A stretch of 64,000 bases of DNA from a virus, in the IMG/VR virus record IMGVR_UViG_3300011116_001125, positions 1 through 64,000 of that record. One strand, written 5' to 3'. Both the position numbers and the translations under genes were made by a program. Positions 47,236-57,070 of the stretch are shown here, one piece after another (within the stretch, counting starts at the first letter, position 1; the number at the start of each line of letters is the position of its first letter). The notes beneath the pieces were generated by a model. That model worked only from the letters and a program-made list of their open reading frames with translations. It was not told the DNA's origin and ran no database searches.

Positions 47236-47739
47236 ATGCTTAATACTCAAAACACAACAAAGTCCTCCAAGGGTGTCAGCCTCGCAAAGTCAGCCAAAGC
47301 GCCAGTCGTTGCCAAAGAAACTGTTCCTGTCGTGTCACCTGCTCAGGCATTTGACCTCAGCAATGGTCACCCATTCACCAAAGCGTCGCTCGTCGCATGG
47401 TGTAATGCGAACGTCGGTGGATGGTCCATGGCGAACTTGGACAAGGTCAAGGTCACCGTTCTGCCGACCGTGAACACTTCGGGCAATCCGGACCTCTACA
47501 AGGGTCACAAGCTCCCGTTCGGTTATGGCAAGCTCGGCGGTTCCCGAGCATTTTATCAGGACGCTCTGCTCGCCGCTCCTACGCTCGGCGCGTTCATCAA
47601 AGCGGTCGCAGGCAAGCAAAAGGGATACAACGAGTTCTCCACGCCGCACACTGTCATCGCTCTGCTCAATGGCGGGTACGGTCCGCTCTGTCGGGCAGGA
47701 TACTTCGGCACCCCGTTCATCAGCCTCAGCGTCGCGTAA
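47236..47739 (+). CDS. Stand-alone hypothetical protein between TerS and TerL
   Basis: 167 aa with its own promoter, SD and terminator; distinct codon usage. Confidence 0.7.
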   Translation: MLNTQNTTKSSKGVSLAKSAKAPVVAKETVPVVSPAQAFDLSNGHPFTKASLVAWCNANVGGWSMANLDKVKVTVLPTVNTSGNPDLYKGHKLPFGYGKLGGSRAFYQDALLAAPTLGAFIKAVAGKQKGYNEFSTPHTVIALLNGGYGPLCRAGYFGTPFISLSVA

Positions 47740-47765
47740 TTACCGCATCGCACAATAAGTTCGTC

Positions 47766-47797
47766 GGCCCGTGTTGCAATGCAACACGGGTCTTTTT
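47766..47797 (+). terminator. Intrinsic terminator
   Basis: GGCCCGTGTTGC-aat-GCAACACGGGTC followed by TTTTT. Confidence 0.85.
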
Positions 47798-48078
47798 GCG
47801 TCGCACCATGTTCGTCCGCGCGTCGTCCGCTGACGTTACGTAACTCTAGGTACCCTTGGTCCGCGCATCAAGATCAATCGTCCGACGAAGATCGCGACCC
47901 CCCCTTTTTAGGCCCCGCGTTTGCCACAACACCTAAAACCAGATTTTTCACAGTTCAATAGCAAAATTCAAAATTTATGACCCCCTAAATGAGAAAAGGG
48001 TCTTAAGGTACCCCGATTGCCGTATCGATATATATTTGTTAATGATCAGTGATCCATGGTTCGCGGACGAAAGGCCCC

Positions 48079-49554
48079 ATGCAGAATCTTGTAGCCCAAT
48101 TACAAAATGTGCCCCGCGAAAAGTTGGTGGAGCGTCTAAAGGCTGAGCAGCGGTTGGTGAAGCTAGCGCAGCAGGATAAGGCCCGTGATAATTTTCTAGA
48201 TTTTGTAAAGTTGGTTTGGCCCGGATTTATTGCGGGGCGGCACCATAAAATTGTGGCCGAGCATTTTGAGGCGATAGCAAAGGGTGAAACGCGCCGTTTG
48301 ATTATCAATATGCCGCCGCGCCATACAAAGTCTGAGTTTGCGAGTTATTTGTTTCCGGCGTGGATGGTGGGCAGGCGCCCCGAGTTAAAGATTATGCAGG
48401 CTACCCATACAGCGGACCTTTCAATACGGTTCGGGCGTAAGGTGAAAACCCTTATGGAAACCGAAGAGTATCGTAATGTGTTCGGGGTAAAGTTGCGTAG
48501 TGATAGTAAGGCTGCGTATCGGTGGGAAACTGATGGTGGCGGTGAATACTATGCGGCGGGTGTGGGCGGTAGTATCGCGGGCCGTGGCGCTGATCTGTTT
48601 ATCGTAGATGACCCGCATTCAGAACAAGATGCTATGAGTCCGGCGGCGTTGGAAAGTGCATGGGAATGGTACCAAGGTGGTCCGCGCCAACGTTTGCAAC
48701 CCGGAGGTGCAATCGTGGTGGTTATGACTCGGTGGTCCGAGCTTGACCTTACCGCCAAGTTGCTGAAGCAAAGTGCTATGGATGCAAAGGCCGATAAGTG
48801 GGAATTGGTAGAGTTTCCTGCTATTATGCCAAGTGGCGAACCTTTGTGGCCTGAGTTTTGGAAGTTGGAAGAGCTCGAGGGTGTTAAGGCCAGTATCCAA
48901 CTAAGCAAGTGGCAGGCGCAGTATATGCAAGCGCCAACGGCTGATACGAGTAGCATCATTAAACGGGGTTGGTGGCAGCGGTGGCAAACTGAAAAAATAC
49001 CCAAGCTGCAATACGTGATGCAAACATACGACACTGCTTTTCTTAAAACGCAAACGGCGGATTTTAGCGCCATACAAACGTGGGGCGTGTTTTATCCAAG
49101 CGAGGATAAAGGGCCGAACATCATATTGCTAGATGCTAAAAAGGGGCGGTGGGAATTTCCTGAGCTTAAGCGCATAGCATTGGAAGAGTATCAGTACTGG
49201 GAGCCCGAAACAGTATTGATTGAAAGTAAGGCGGCAGGTACGCCCCTAACCCAAGAGCTACGGTCCATGGGCATTCCTGTGGTTAACTTCAGCCCGAGTA
49301 GGGGTAACGATAAAATCAGTAGGGCAAATGCCGTGGCCCCGTTGTTTGAAAGCGGTATGGTCTGGGCACCCGAGGCCAGTTGGGCCGAGGAAGTGATAGA
49401 GGAATGTGCGGCCTTTCCTTTTGGCGAGCATGATGATATGGTAGACGCCATGACTCAGGCGCTTATGCGTTTTAGGCAGGGTGGATTTATAACTCACCCC
49501 GAGGATTACCAAGATAACTACGAGGGGCCTCCCTCTAATAGGGTATACTACTAA
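48079..49554 (+). CDS. terL: Terminase large subunit
   Basis: NMPPRHTKS Walker A, GRGADLFIVDDP, VMTRW, YDTA, HDDMVDAMTQAL nuclease motif. Confidence 0.93.
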   Translation: MQNLVAQLQNVPREKLVERLKAEQRLVKLAQQDKARDNFLDFVKLVWPGFIAGRHHKIVAEHFEAIAKGETRRLIINMPPRHTKSEFASYLFPAWMVGRRPELKIMQATHTADLSIRFGRKVKTLMETEEYRNVFGVKLRSDSKAAYRWETDGGGEYYAAGVGGSIAGRGADLFIVDDPHSEQDAMSPAALESAWEWYQGGPRQRLQPGGAIVVVMTRWSELDLTAKLLKQSAMDAKADKWELVEFPAIMPSGEPLWPEFWKLEELEGVKASIQLSKWQAQYMQAPTADTSSIIKRGWWQRWQTEKIPKLQYVMQTYDTAFLKTQTADFSAIQTWGVFYPSEDKGPNIILLDAKKGRWEFPELKRIALEEYQYWEPETVLIESKAAGTPLTQELRSMGIPVVNFSPSRGNDKISRANAVAPLFESGMVWAPEASWAEEVIEECAAFPFGEHDDMVDAMTQALMRFRQGGFITHPEDYQDNYEGPPSNRVYY

Positions 49555-52038
49555 ATGGTCAAAAAGCCCTACAGCAACGTTGAGCGCACACAGCCCACCA
49601 ATATGTTTCCCCTAGAAGGGGAAACAGATGCGGTGCCCATGTCAGGCCAACCCGTAGGCGATATTGAAGTGGCGGCGGGTCCAGGAGTAAACCCAGCGGA
49701 TGCTGAACCACTGCCCGAGGATTCCAACGTAACAATGACCGAGGATGGCGGGGCCATCGTCGATCTGAATGAAGATCAAAATGTCATGATCAGCTTGGGT
49801 TTCGGCGATAACATTGCTGAAATGCTAAGCGATACTGAGTTAGGGCATTTAAGCAGTGAGCTTAGCCAGTTAATCGAGGATGATGACGAAGGCCGTGAAG
49901 AATGGCGCGATATGTATGAAAAGGGGTTAAAGCTCCTTGGCTTAACATACGAAGAGCGCACCGAACCTTTCCAAGGGGCTACGGGTGTTACGCACCCCAT
50001 TCTTAATGAGGCCGTTACACAGTTTCAGGCGCAGGCTTATAAGGAATTGCTACCTCCTGGAGGGCCAGTACGTACACGTATCTGGGGTAAGGCAACACCG
50101 GAGCTCGAGGCTAAGAGCCAACGGGTAAAGGAATTCATGAACTTTCAGATTACGGAAGTCATGGAAGAGTATGACCCCGAATACGACCAGATGTTGTACT
50201 ATACAGGGTACGGTGGCAGCACCTTTAAAAAGGTTTACTACGATGGCTATTTGGGTCGCGCCACAAGCCCTGTGATTTTCCCTAAGGATCTTATTGTTCC
50301 TTACAATGCAAAGGATCTAATGACAGCGGAGCGTGTAACGCATGTTCTGCACATGTCAAAGAACGATTTGCGTAAGGCGCAGCTAAGCGGGTTCTACCGT
50401 GATGTTGATGTCGGTGAGCCGAGCTTAGAAGAAAAAGAAGATATCCAGCAGGAAACAAATAAAATTACGGGCGTAGAACCCGGAGCGATTAGCGATAACT
50501 ACACGTTATACGAGTGCCATTGTAACTGGGAAATTCCAGGATTTGAGCACGAAGATGAAAACGGCGAGCCTACAGGGCTCAAAATGCCGTACATCATTAC
50601 TATCGAACGCGATTCAGGGTTGATTCTTTCCATACGCCGTAACTACAAGGAAGATGATCCTAAGCGTCGTAAGAAACAATACTTCGTACACTACAAGTTC
50701 CTTCCGGGACTTGGGTTCTATGGTTTCGGGCTTGTACACTTGCTCGGCAATCTTAGCCGTACAGCCACAAGTTTGCTGCGGCAGTTGGTAGATGCAGGCA
50801 CCTTGGCTAACTTGCCTGCGGGGTTCAAGGCCAAGGGCCTACGTATTCAGGACATGGATAGTCCGTTACAACCCGGAGAGTGGCGCGATGTCGACGCTCC
50901 TGGAGGTAATCTGCGCGAAAACCTGTTACCCCTGCCCTATAAAGACCCCAACGCAACGCTTTTCTCACTGCTTGGGTTCGTTATCAGCTCGGCGGAAAAG
51001 TTTATTGGTACAACTGACTTAGGTTTAAGTGACAGTAACCAAGAAATTCCGGTTGGTACCACAATAGCCGTGCTTGAGCGTGGCGGCAGAGTAATGTCAG
51101 CGGTGCATAAACGGTTGCACTATGCCCAAAAGCAGGAACTTAAGCTCCTTGCTGAGGTGTTTGCAGACTATTTGCCCGAGGAATACCCCTACGATGTGGT
51201 AGGCGGTGATAAAACCATCAAGAAAAGCGACTTTGACGAGCGTATTGACGTTGTTCCGGTAAGCGACCCGAACATCTTCAGCATGACGCAACGTATTACA
51301 CTTGCCCAAGAGCAGTTGAAATTGGCTCAAGCGGATCCGGCAAGCCATAATATGCAAGAGGCTTACCGCCGTATGTATGCCGCGCTCGGTGTGCAGGACG
51401 TTGAAAGCCTGTTACAGCCCCCGCAACAGCCGCAACCGATGGGTCCGGCGACTGAAAATGCGCAAGCGTTGAACATCCCTAATGGTGCGCCGCAACTTCA
51501 AGCCTTTCCGGAGCAAGATCATGCAGCTCATATCGAAAGTCACGTCACTTTTGCAAAACTCCCCTTGGTACAAAGCACTCCAGCAGTTATGGCAGGCATT
51601 TTGGCGCACATTTTCCAACATGTTGGCTTCGCTGCGGAGCAAATTGTAAGAAAACAGAACCCCCAGATCGAGCAGCAAGCTCAACAAGGGCAGCAGCCTA
51701 ATCCAAATCAGCAACCGCAAGGCCAACAGCAAGCCCCGTTGCCTCCTGAGCTCGTTGCTCAAGCTGCAAAGATCGAAGCTCAGCTAACAGCCCAGATTTT
51801 GCAGGATTTTGGTGGTCAGCAAGGCAGTGATGACCCGCTTGTGGCCCTCAAAGGTCGCGAATTGGATATCCGTGAGCAGGATAATGCTCGTAAAGCGGCA
51901 GAAGCGCAGCAACAGTTCCAGTTGGATACTCGTAAGCTGGAAGAAAAGCAGGCAACGGACCGTGAGCGTATTGCAACAACGCAAGATATTGCCACAATGC
52001 GCGTGCATGCTCAACTTATGAAAAACGGGTTGATGTAA
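49555..52038 (+). CDS. Portal protein
   Basis: 827 aa after TerL; HPILNEAVTQFQAQAYKEL, GSTFKKVYYD, GFYGFGL, LVDAGTLANLPAG. Confidence 0.88.
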   Translation: MVKKPYSNVERTQPTNMFPLEGETDAVPMSGQPVGDIEVAAGPGVNPADAEPLPEDSNVTMTEDGGAIVDLNEDQNVMISLGFGDNIAEMLSDTELGHLSSELSQLIEDDDEGREEWRDMYEKGLKLLGLTYEERTEPFQGATGVTHPILNEAVTQFQAQAYKELLPPGGPVRTRIWGKATPELEAKSQRVKEFMNFQITEVMEEYDPEYDQMLYYTGYGGSTFKKVYYDGYLGRATSPVIFPKDLIVPYNAKDLMTAERVTHVLHMSKNDLRKAQLSGFYRDVDVGEPSLEEKEDIQQETNKITGVEPGAISDNYTLYECHCNWEIPGFEHEDENGEPTGLKMPYIITIERDSGLILSIRRNYKEDDPKRRKKQYFVHYKFLPGLGFYGFGLVHLLGNLSRTATSLLRQLVDAGTLANLPAGFKAKGLRIQDMDSPLQPGEWRDVDAPGGNLRENLLPLPYKDPNATLFSLLGFVISSAEKFIGTTDLGLSDSNQEIPVGTTIAVLERGGRVMSAVHKRLHYAQKQELKLLAEVFADYLPEEYPYDVVGGDKTIKKSDFDERIDVVPVSDPNIFSMTQRITLAQEQLKLAQADPASHNMQEAYRRMYAALGVQDVESLLQPPQQPQPMGPATENAQALNIPNGAPQLQAFPEQDHAAHIESHVTFAKLPLVQSTPAVMAGILAHIFQHVGFAAEQIVRKQNPQIEQQAQQGQQPNPNQQPQGQQQAPLPPELVAQAAKIEAQLTAQILQDFGGQQGSDDPLVALKGRELDIREQDNARKAAEAQQQFQLDTRKLEEKQATDRERIATTQDIATMRVHAQLMKNGLM

Positions 52039-52039
52039 G

Positions 52040-54265
52040 ATGGTTAATCGCGGCGGCATTGGTGATTTGTTGGTAGGCCGTAAAATGGCAGGTTTGCCAA
52101 CAGTGCAGGATGTGCAGACCTATGCCCAAGGCGGCGAAACTACCATTGAAATGCCGAAGTCGCTTAAAGAGTTGCAAAACTGGAATAAAACGCACCCCGA
52201 CAAAAACCTCATGGATCAGATTTTTACTGACCGTAGGGTCGGTGTCGAAGGTGCTGAACCCATAGCTATGCCTGCCAATGTGGATGAGCTGACTGCTTTT
52301 ATGAAAGCTAAACGTCAGGGCTACTCACACGGTGGCGAAACAAAGGCAATGGCCCATCACCTGCAAAGCATGGGGCAAGATGGGGATACAATACTGGCCC
52401 ATATCAACCCAGAAGAAGCAGGTATTCTTAAAGCACTTGGGGGGTCGGGCAAGCCTAATCCACATACAGGGTTGCCTTCTTTTGGTGTGGATAATGGCCC
52501 CGAAGCAGGAGCAACAGGTTCTTTTTCGGCTAACCGCGCTGCAGAGGCAGCTTCCGTACGCGGAGGTGATACTGTAAGTGGTGCTTCTACCTCTTTTGGT
52601 GGTGGTGGCGGTGGTGGCGGTGGCGGCGGTGGCGGTGGCGGTCGTGACGAAAGCTCGTACTCAGGGCCTATATCACGTTTTGGTACCGATGTTACCAATG
52701 CCAACATACAGGCAACACAACCTTCCACCGTTTCGCCTATGGGCAATTTTGATATCTATGGTGGCCTTGGTGGGGGCAGTAATCTTGTTTCGCCTGTACC
52801 TGCACCTAGTTTTACTTCCACTGATTTTTCAGCAGATCCGTTTAAGGGGCCGTATGTAAGCCCTTTAATGACGGTTGCCCGTATGCAGGATAACCCTGTT
52901 TCTTCCACTTTTAATGAAAAAGCTATGGAAAGCCTTAACCCTTGGTTTCAAACCAAGGCAGCGGCGCTTCTTGATAGCATGATGGATAAGGGGTTAACTC
53001 CTTATTTTTCTTCGGGCAGCCGTACTGTTGCTCAACAAGCAGACATTTATGCTAACCCTTCGCCTTATGGGGCGGCACCTCCTGGAATGTCAGCGCACAA
53101 CTTTGGGCAGGCTTTTGATATCGGAGGCCTTACCAACAAGCAGATGATCGACGCAGGCTTGATGGCCGAATCACAAGGCATGGGTTGGGGTGGGCGGTTT
53201 GCTACCTATGATCCGGTGCATTTTCAAGAAATGCCAAGTTCCGCTAGCCCTGCAAAATACGCGGCCTCAGTAGGGGTACCGATGTATAAAGGCGTTTCTG
53301 TTGGCGGGGTAGAAACAGCAGGTGCCACACGGCCTGAGCCATTTGATATGGGCAAGGCTATTACAGACCGCCTTTCTAGCGTGTTTACTCCAGGAGGCAT
53401 TGGGTCGTTGGTTCTTGGAGCAGCCGTACCGCCTCTTGGAGCGTATGATCTAGCTGCAAATGTTGTGAATATGGCAGGGGGCACCCTGCCCACAACCTCC
53501 AATATGATCAACCAAAGTCTTGGCGTTCCTGTAGCGGAACCTGCGCAAGTACCTGTTGTTCCGCCGATGCAACCTAGCCGTCCTATAACACCAACACCTT
53601 CTACGGCAGTGGCAGACATCTATACACCTGCAAGTGGCCCGACTACACGTGGCACGTATGATGCGTTAGCCAATGTTGAATACACCTCCGGTGGTCCACC
53701 TACACGCGCAACTACGCCTGCTTCTATGCAAGTTGCTGATGCTTCCGGTAGCATTGTGCCAACACAAACTGCCCCTGCCGCACCGCAAGAACAAGGGTGG
53801 TGGGATAAGCTGTTTAACAATCCAGAAGCTGTGCAAAAGGTTTTGGAAACGGAAAATACGTACAATCCTGGATATGCCAATACTACAAGTGGCCTAACTA
53901 AAGAAGAATGGGCCAGTGAAATGCAAGTAGACCCCGATACGGTAAAAGCTCGCATTACCACTATGAACGGCGTGCCTCAAGTAGATTGGTATACTAAAGG
54001 TCTAGATGAGGCCCTTGCTGAAATGGTAACAGGGCCGTTTAAAGCAATCGGCAGTGCTTTAGGGTTCGGCAAAGGTACGGCGGATGCAACACAAGTAACG
54101 CCTTATATTCCAACAGGCGGTATTGGTGATCATCAAACGGCTGTAGCGCAAACTATGTTCGGCGGTTTCGAAGAAGAAATACCCCCTAAGAAAAAATCAA
54201 TTTACGAAATATGGCCTACTGATGCAGAAGGTTATACAGGGCCGTATAGCAAGTATCTCGTTTAA
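52040..54265 (+). CDS. Virion protein with M15-family (L-Ala-D-Glu-type) peptidase domain
   Basis: SGSRTVAQQ...SAHNFGQAFD...WGG...DPVHFQ; also a GDTILAHINPEEA module and a poly-Gly linker. Confidence 0.7.
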   Translation: MVNRGGIGDLLVGRKMAGLPTVQDVQTYAQGGETTIEMPKSLKELQNWNKTHPDKNLMDQIFTDRRVGVEGAEPIAMPANVDELTAFMKAKRQGYSHGGETKAMAHHLQSMGQDGDTILAHINPEEAGILKALGGSGKPNPHTGLPSFGVDNGPEAGATGSFSANRAAEAASVRGGDTVSGASTSFGGGGGGGGGGGGGGGRDESSYSGPISRFGTDVTNANIQATQPSTVSPMGNFDIYGGLGGGSNLVSPVPAPSFTSTDFSADPFKGPYVSPLMTVARMQDNPVSSTFNEKAMESLNPWFQTKAAALLDSMMDKGLTPYFSSGSRTVAQQADIYANPSPYGAAPPGMSAHNFGQAFDIGGLTNKQMIDAGLMAESQGMGWGGRFATYDPVHFQEMPSSASPAKYAASVGVPMYKGVSVGGVETAGATRPEPFDMGKAITDRLSSVFTPGGIGSLVLGAAVPPLGAYDLAANVVNMAGGTLPTTSNMINQSLGVPVAEPAQVPVVPPMQPSRPITPTPSTAVADIYTPASGPTTRGTYDALANVEYTSGGPPTRATTPASMQVADASGSIVPTQTAPAAPQEQGWWDKLFNNPEAVQKVLETENTYNPGYANTTSGLTKEEWASEMQVDPDTVKARITTMNGVPQVDWYTKGLDEALAEMVTGPFKAIGSALGFGKGTADATQVTPYIPTGGIGDHQTAVAQTMFGGFEEEIPPKKKSIYEIWPTDAEGYTGPYSKYLV

Positions 54266-54279
54266 CAGGAGTAAAAACG

Positions 54280-54468
54280 ATGGGTTATCCTATTCCGCGC
54301 ACTAAAACACAAACGCCTGCCGTTTCAACAGAGCAGGAAATTGTAAACCAAGGCAGTGTTCCATTGGCACAACCAATGTCGGCAAGCATTCCGCCTGCTC
54401 CTAAAGGTAGACAAAAGCCACGCGGCTTTGGTGCTATGATGCGCCCACAGAGCTTTCTTGTTCGCTAA
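54280..54468 (+). CDS. Small hypothetical protein
   Basis: AGGAG SD; KPRGFGAMMR tail. Confidence 0.6.
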   Translation: MGYPIPRTKTQTPAVSTEQEIVNQGSVPLAQPMSASIPPAPKGRQKPRGFGAMMRPQSFLVR

Positions 54469-54479
54469 AGAACTGTTTT

Positions 54480-54950
54480 GTGGATCCGTTTACAATTTTG
54501 GCAGGTGCCACTGCTATCTATAACGGCTTAAAATCTGCTGTAAGTGCAGGTGAGGACGTTGTAGATACAGCTCGCCGTGTTAGTAGCCTCATGTCAGAGG
54601 TTGCTAAGGTTGTACAACTTGTTTCGCTGCCACGAAAAAAGAAGTTGTTTCAGTCTACGCATGACTTTGAAGCGGAGGCTATGAAACTTTTTAGTGCCAA
54701 GGCTAAAGCAAACCAGTTGGCGCTTGATGCTAAAAACCTGTTTATATCACAACACGGTAAAAGTGCTTGGGACTATATACAAAAGCAGGTAGCTGAAATG
54801 AAAAAAGAAGCGGCACGTCAAGCTAGACTAGAAGCTGAAGCCGCAGAAGAAGCAAGAAAAGATGCAATCTTTGTGGGTAGCATTGTTGGTGGGCTTATTT
54901 TGGCTATTGGTGTTATTGGGCTAGTGTTAGTGATTCGCGGAGCGCATTGA
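54480..54950 (+). CDS. Membrane-anchored protein of the lysis region
   Basis: MDPFTILAGA N-terminus, coiled coil, C-terminal TM helix. Confidence 0.6.
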   Translation: MDPFTILAGATAIYNGLKSAVSAGEDVVDTARRVSSLMSEVAKVVQLVSLPRKKKLFQSTHDFEAEAMKLFSAKAKANQLALDAKNLFISQHGKSAWDYIQKQVAEMKKEAARQARLEAEAAEEARKDAIFVGSIVGGLILAIGVIGLVLVIRGAH

Positions 54951-55477
54951 TGGATCTTCTTAAAACGTTTGGCCCGTTGATCGGGTCTGTTGCCCCTACT
55001 ATCGCTACGGCGTTAGGTGGGCCTGTTGCAGGAATGGCAGTTAAAGCTATCTCTGGCGCTTTATTTGGGCATGAAGGTGCTACTCAAGACGATATTATGA
55101 CGGCACTTGCTAACCCTACAGGGGAGCAACTTGCTGCGTTGAAAAAGATCGATGCTGATTTTGCTGTGCAAATGAAAGCATTAGATATCGATCTTGAACG
55201 TATTATGGCAGGTGACCGTGCTTCTGCGCGTGATATGCAAAAAGAAACAAAAGATTGGATACCCCGTGCTTTAGCAGTTGGTGTTACTTTTGGGTTCTTT
55301 GGTATTTTATTCTACATGCTTATTTTCGGGCTACCCACAACAGGTAATGAAGCAATGTTACTGATGTTGGGTGCTTTGCAAACAGCATGGACAAGTATTA
55401 TAGCTTTTTTCTTTGGCGCGTCGTCTACCGATGCAGCACGGGATAAGATGCTCTATAATTCAAAGCCACTGGAGTAA
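54947..55477 (+). CDS. Putative holin (3TM family-like)
   Basis: APTIATALGGP, DRASARDM, two C-terminal TM segments ending FFFGASS. Confidence 0.6.
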   Translation: MMDLLKTFGPLIGSVAPTIATALGGPVAGMAVKAISGALFGHEGATQDDIMTALANPTGEQLAALKKIDADFAVQMKALDIDLERIMAGDRASARDMQKETKDWIPRALAVGVTFGFFGILFYMLIFGLPTTGNEAMLLMLGALQTAWTSIIAFFFGASSTDAARDKMLYNSKPLE

Positions 55478-55479
55478 GT

Positions 55480-55680
55480 ATGGACGGCTTGTACATGGTG
55501 GAAGCCATGCTTAAAATGATTCGGGAGCGGCGGCAGGTTGTCGTTGAAGCAATCACAGGGAGTTCAGTTCAGGACTTCGCCGCTTACCGCCATCTTCGTG
55601 GAAAATACGAAGTATGGAATGAAATGGAATCTGAACTGCGCTCCCTGCTAAAAAGAATGGAAACCCTAGACGATGAGTAA
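55480..55680 (+). CDS. Conserved hypothetical protein upstream of GroES
   Basis: 66 aa, GGAG SD. Confidence 0.6.
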   Translation: MDGLYMVEAMLKMIRERRQVVVEAITGSSVQDFAAYRHLRGKYEVWNEMESELRSLLKRMETLDDE

Positions 55681-56143
55681 ACTCGTCCTGCCTGAGCATC
55701 TTGTAGAAAAACTGAATGCTCCTCCAAAAGAAGAAACGTCGGCGCTAGAAAGTGCCTATGTCGCACCTGAAAAAGTAGTTCTTGATCCTAGCAAAATTGA
55801 AGCAAGCGTTCTTGAACGTATGCCACAACCTTCGGGTTGGCGGCTTTTGATCCTGCCCTACAAAGGATCAGCAAAAACTAAGGGTAACGTATTTCTTCCT
55901 GAAGAATATGTTGAACGTCAATCACTCGCTACAGTTGTGGCGTATGTGCTTGCTGTTGGCCCCGATGCCTATAAGGACCAAGCAAAATTCCCTAATGGCC
56001 CGTGGTGCAAGAAGGGTGATTGGGTAATGATTGGTCGTTATGCAGGCGCACGTTTCCGCATAGAAGGCGGCGAAGTGCGTATTATCAACGATGACGAAGT
56101 TATCGCAACAATCATTGAACCGTCAGATGTTCTGACGCTTTGA
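55673..56143 (+). CDS. groES: Phage co-chaperonin GroES (Cpn10)
   Basis: PSGWRLLI...KTKGNVFLP...VLAVGP...KGDWV...YAG...IINDDEVIATI. Confidence 0.85.
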   Translation: MSKLVLPEHLVEKLNAPPKEETSALESAYVAPEKVVLDPSKIEASVLERMPQPSGWRLLILPYKGSAKTKGNVFLPEEYVERQSLATVVAYVLAVGPDAYKDQAKFPNGPWCKKGDWVMIGRYAGARFRIEGGEVRIINDDEVIATIIEPSDVLTL

Positions 56144-56158
56144 TGCAGGAGTAATACC

Positions 56159-57070
56159 ATGTCAGAAGAAAAAGTATCTGCACCTGAAGAAGATGTAGTA
56201 GAGGTAGAAGTTACCGACGATGGTAAAGAAACCAAAGCGGTAATTGTTGAAGCAAAGCCAGAACCCGAACCTGCAAAACCTTCATCAGAAGAAGATGAAT
56301 TAGCGGGTTATAGTGAAGGCGTCAAACGGCGTATTGAAAAACTTACGTTTAAAATGCGTGAGGCTGAGCGCCGTGAGCAAGCTGCACTGGAATACGCTAA
56401 GAGTGTAAAAAGCCAAATGGATGTAGCCAATTTGCGTACTGCGCAGATTGACCTCACACTAAGCAGTGAAGCTGAAAATCGTGTTAAACTACAAGAGCAG
56501 TTAATCAAAGATCGGTTACGCACTGCTATTGACCGTGGCGATATCGATGGTCAAGTACAAGCACAACGTGATCTAGCAGAACTTGCTGTAGAAAATGATC
56601 GTGTACGGGCTAACCGCGCACGTAGCGAAGCAGCAGGCCAAGAAATTTATCGTCAGGCTGTTAACCCGCAACCGCAGGTTCAACAGGTGCAACAACCCGC
56701 ACCACGTAGGCCCGACCCCAAGGCAGAAACTTGGGCAGAGAAAAATACTTGGTTTGGCGCAGATGAACCTATGACAATTACGGCCTTTAGCCACCACAAA
56801 AGCCTTGTGGAGCGTGAAGGTTTTGACCCCACCAGTGATGATTACTATGAGGAACTGGACAGACGTATGCGCAAAGATTTTCCGCATAAGTTTCAACCAA
56901 GCCGTGCCCCTTCCCAAGCTGTTGGGTCAGCACGGTCTTCAGCACGTCCAGAAAACAGCTCACGTATTCGTCTAACACCTAGCCAAGTAGCTATTGCCAA
57001 GAAACTCGGCATTAGTGTAGAACAGTATGCACGGCAGGTGAAACTCCTTGGAGAGAGCAATGATCGATAA
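56159..57070 (+). CDS. Capsid scaffolding protein
   Basis: Acidic N-terminus, coiled coil, LTPSQVAIAKKLGIS C-terminus; precedes the capsid genes. Confidence 0.7.
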   Translation: MSEEKVSAPEEDVVEVEVTDDGKETKAVIVEAKPEPEPAKPSSEEDELAGYSEGVKRRIEKLTFKMREAERREQAALEYAKSVKSQMDVANLRTAQIDLTLSSEAENRVKLQEQLIKDRLRTAIDRGDIDGQVQAQRDLAELAVENDRVRANRARSEAAGQEIYRQAVNPQPQVQQVQQPAPRRPDPKAETWAEKNTWFGADEPMTITAFSHHKSLVEREGFDPTSDDYYEELDRRMRKDFPHKFQPSRAPSQAVGSARSSARPENSSRIRLTPSQVAIAKKLGISVEQYARQVKLLGESNDR

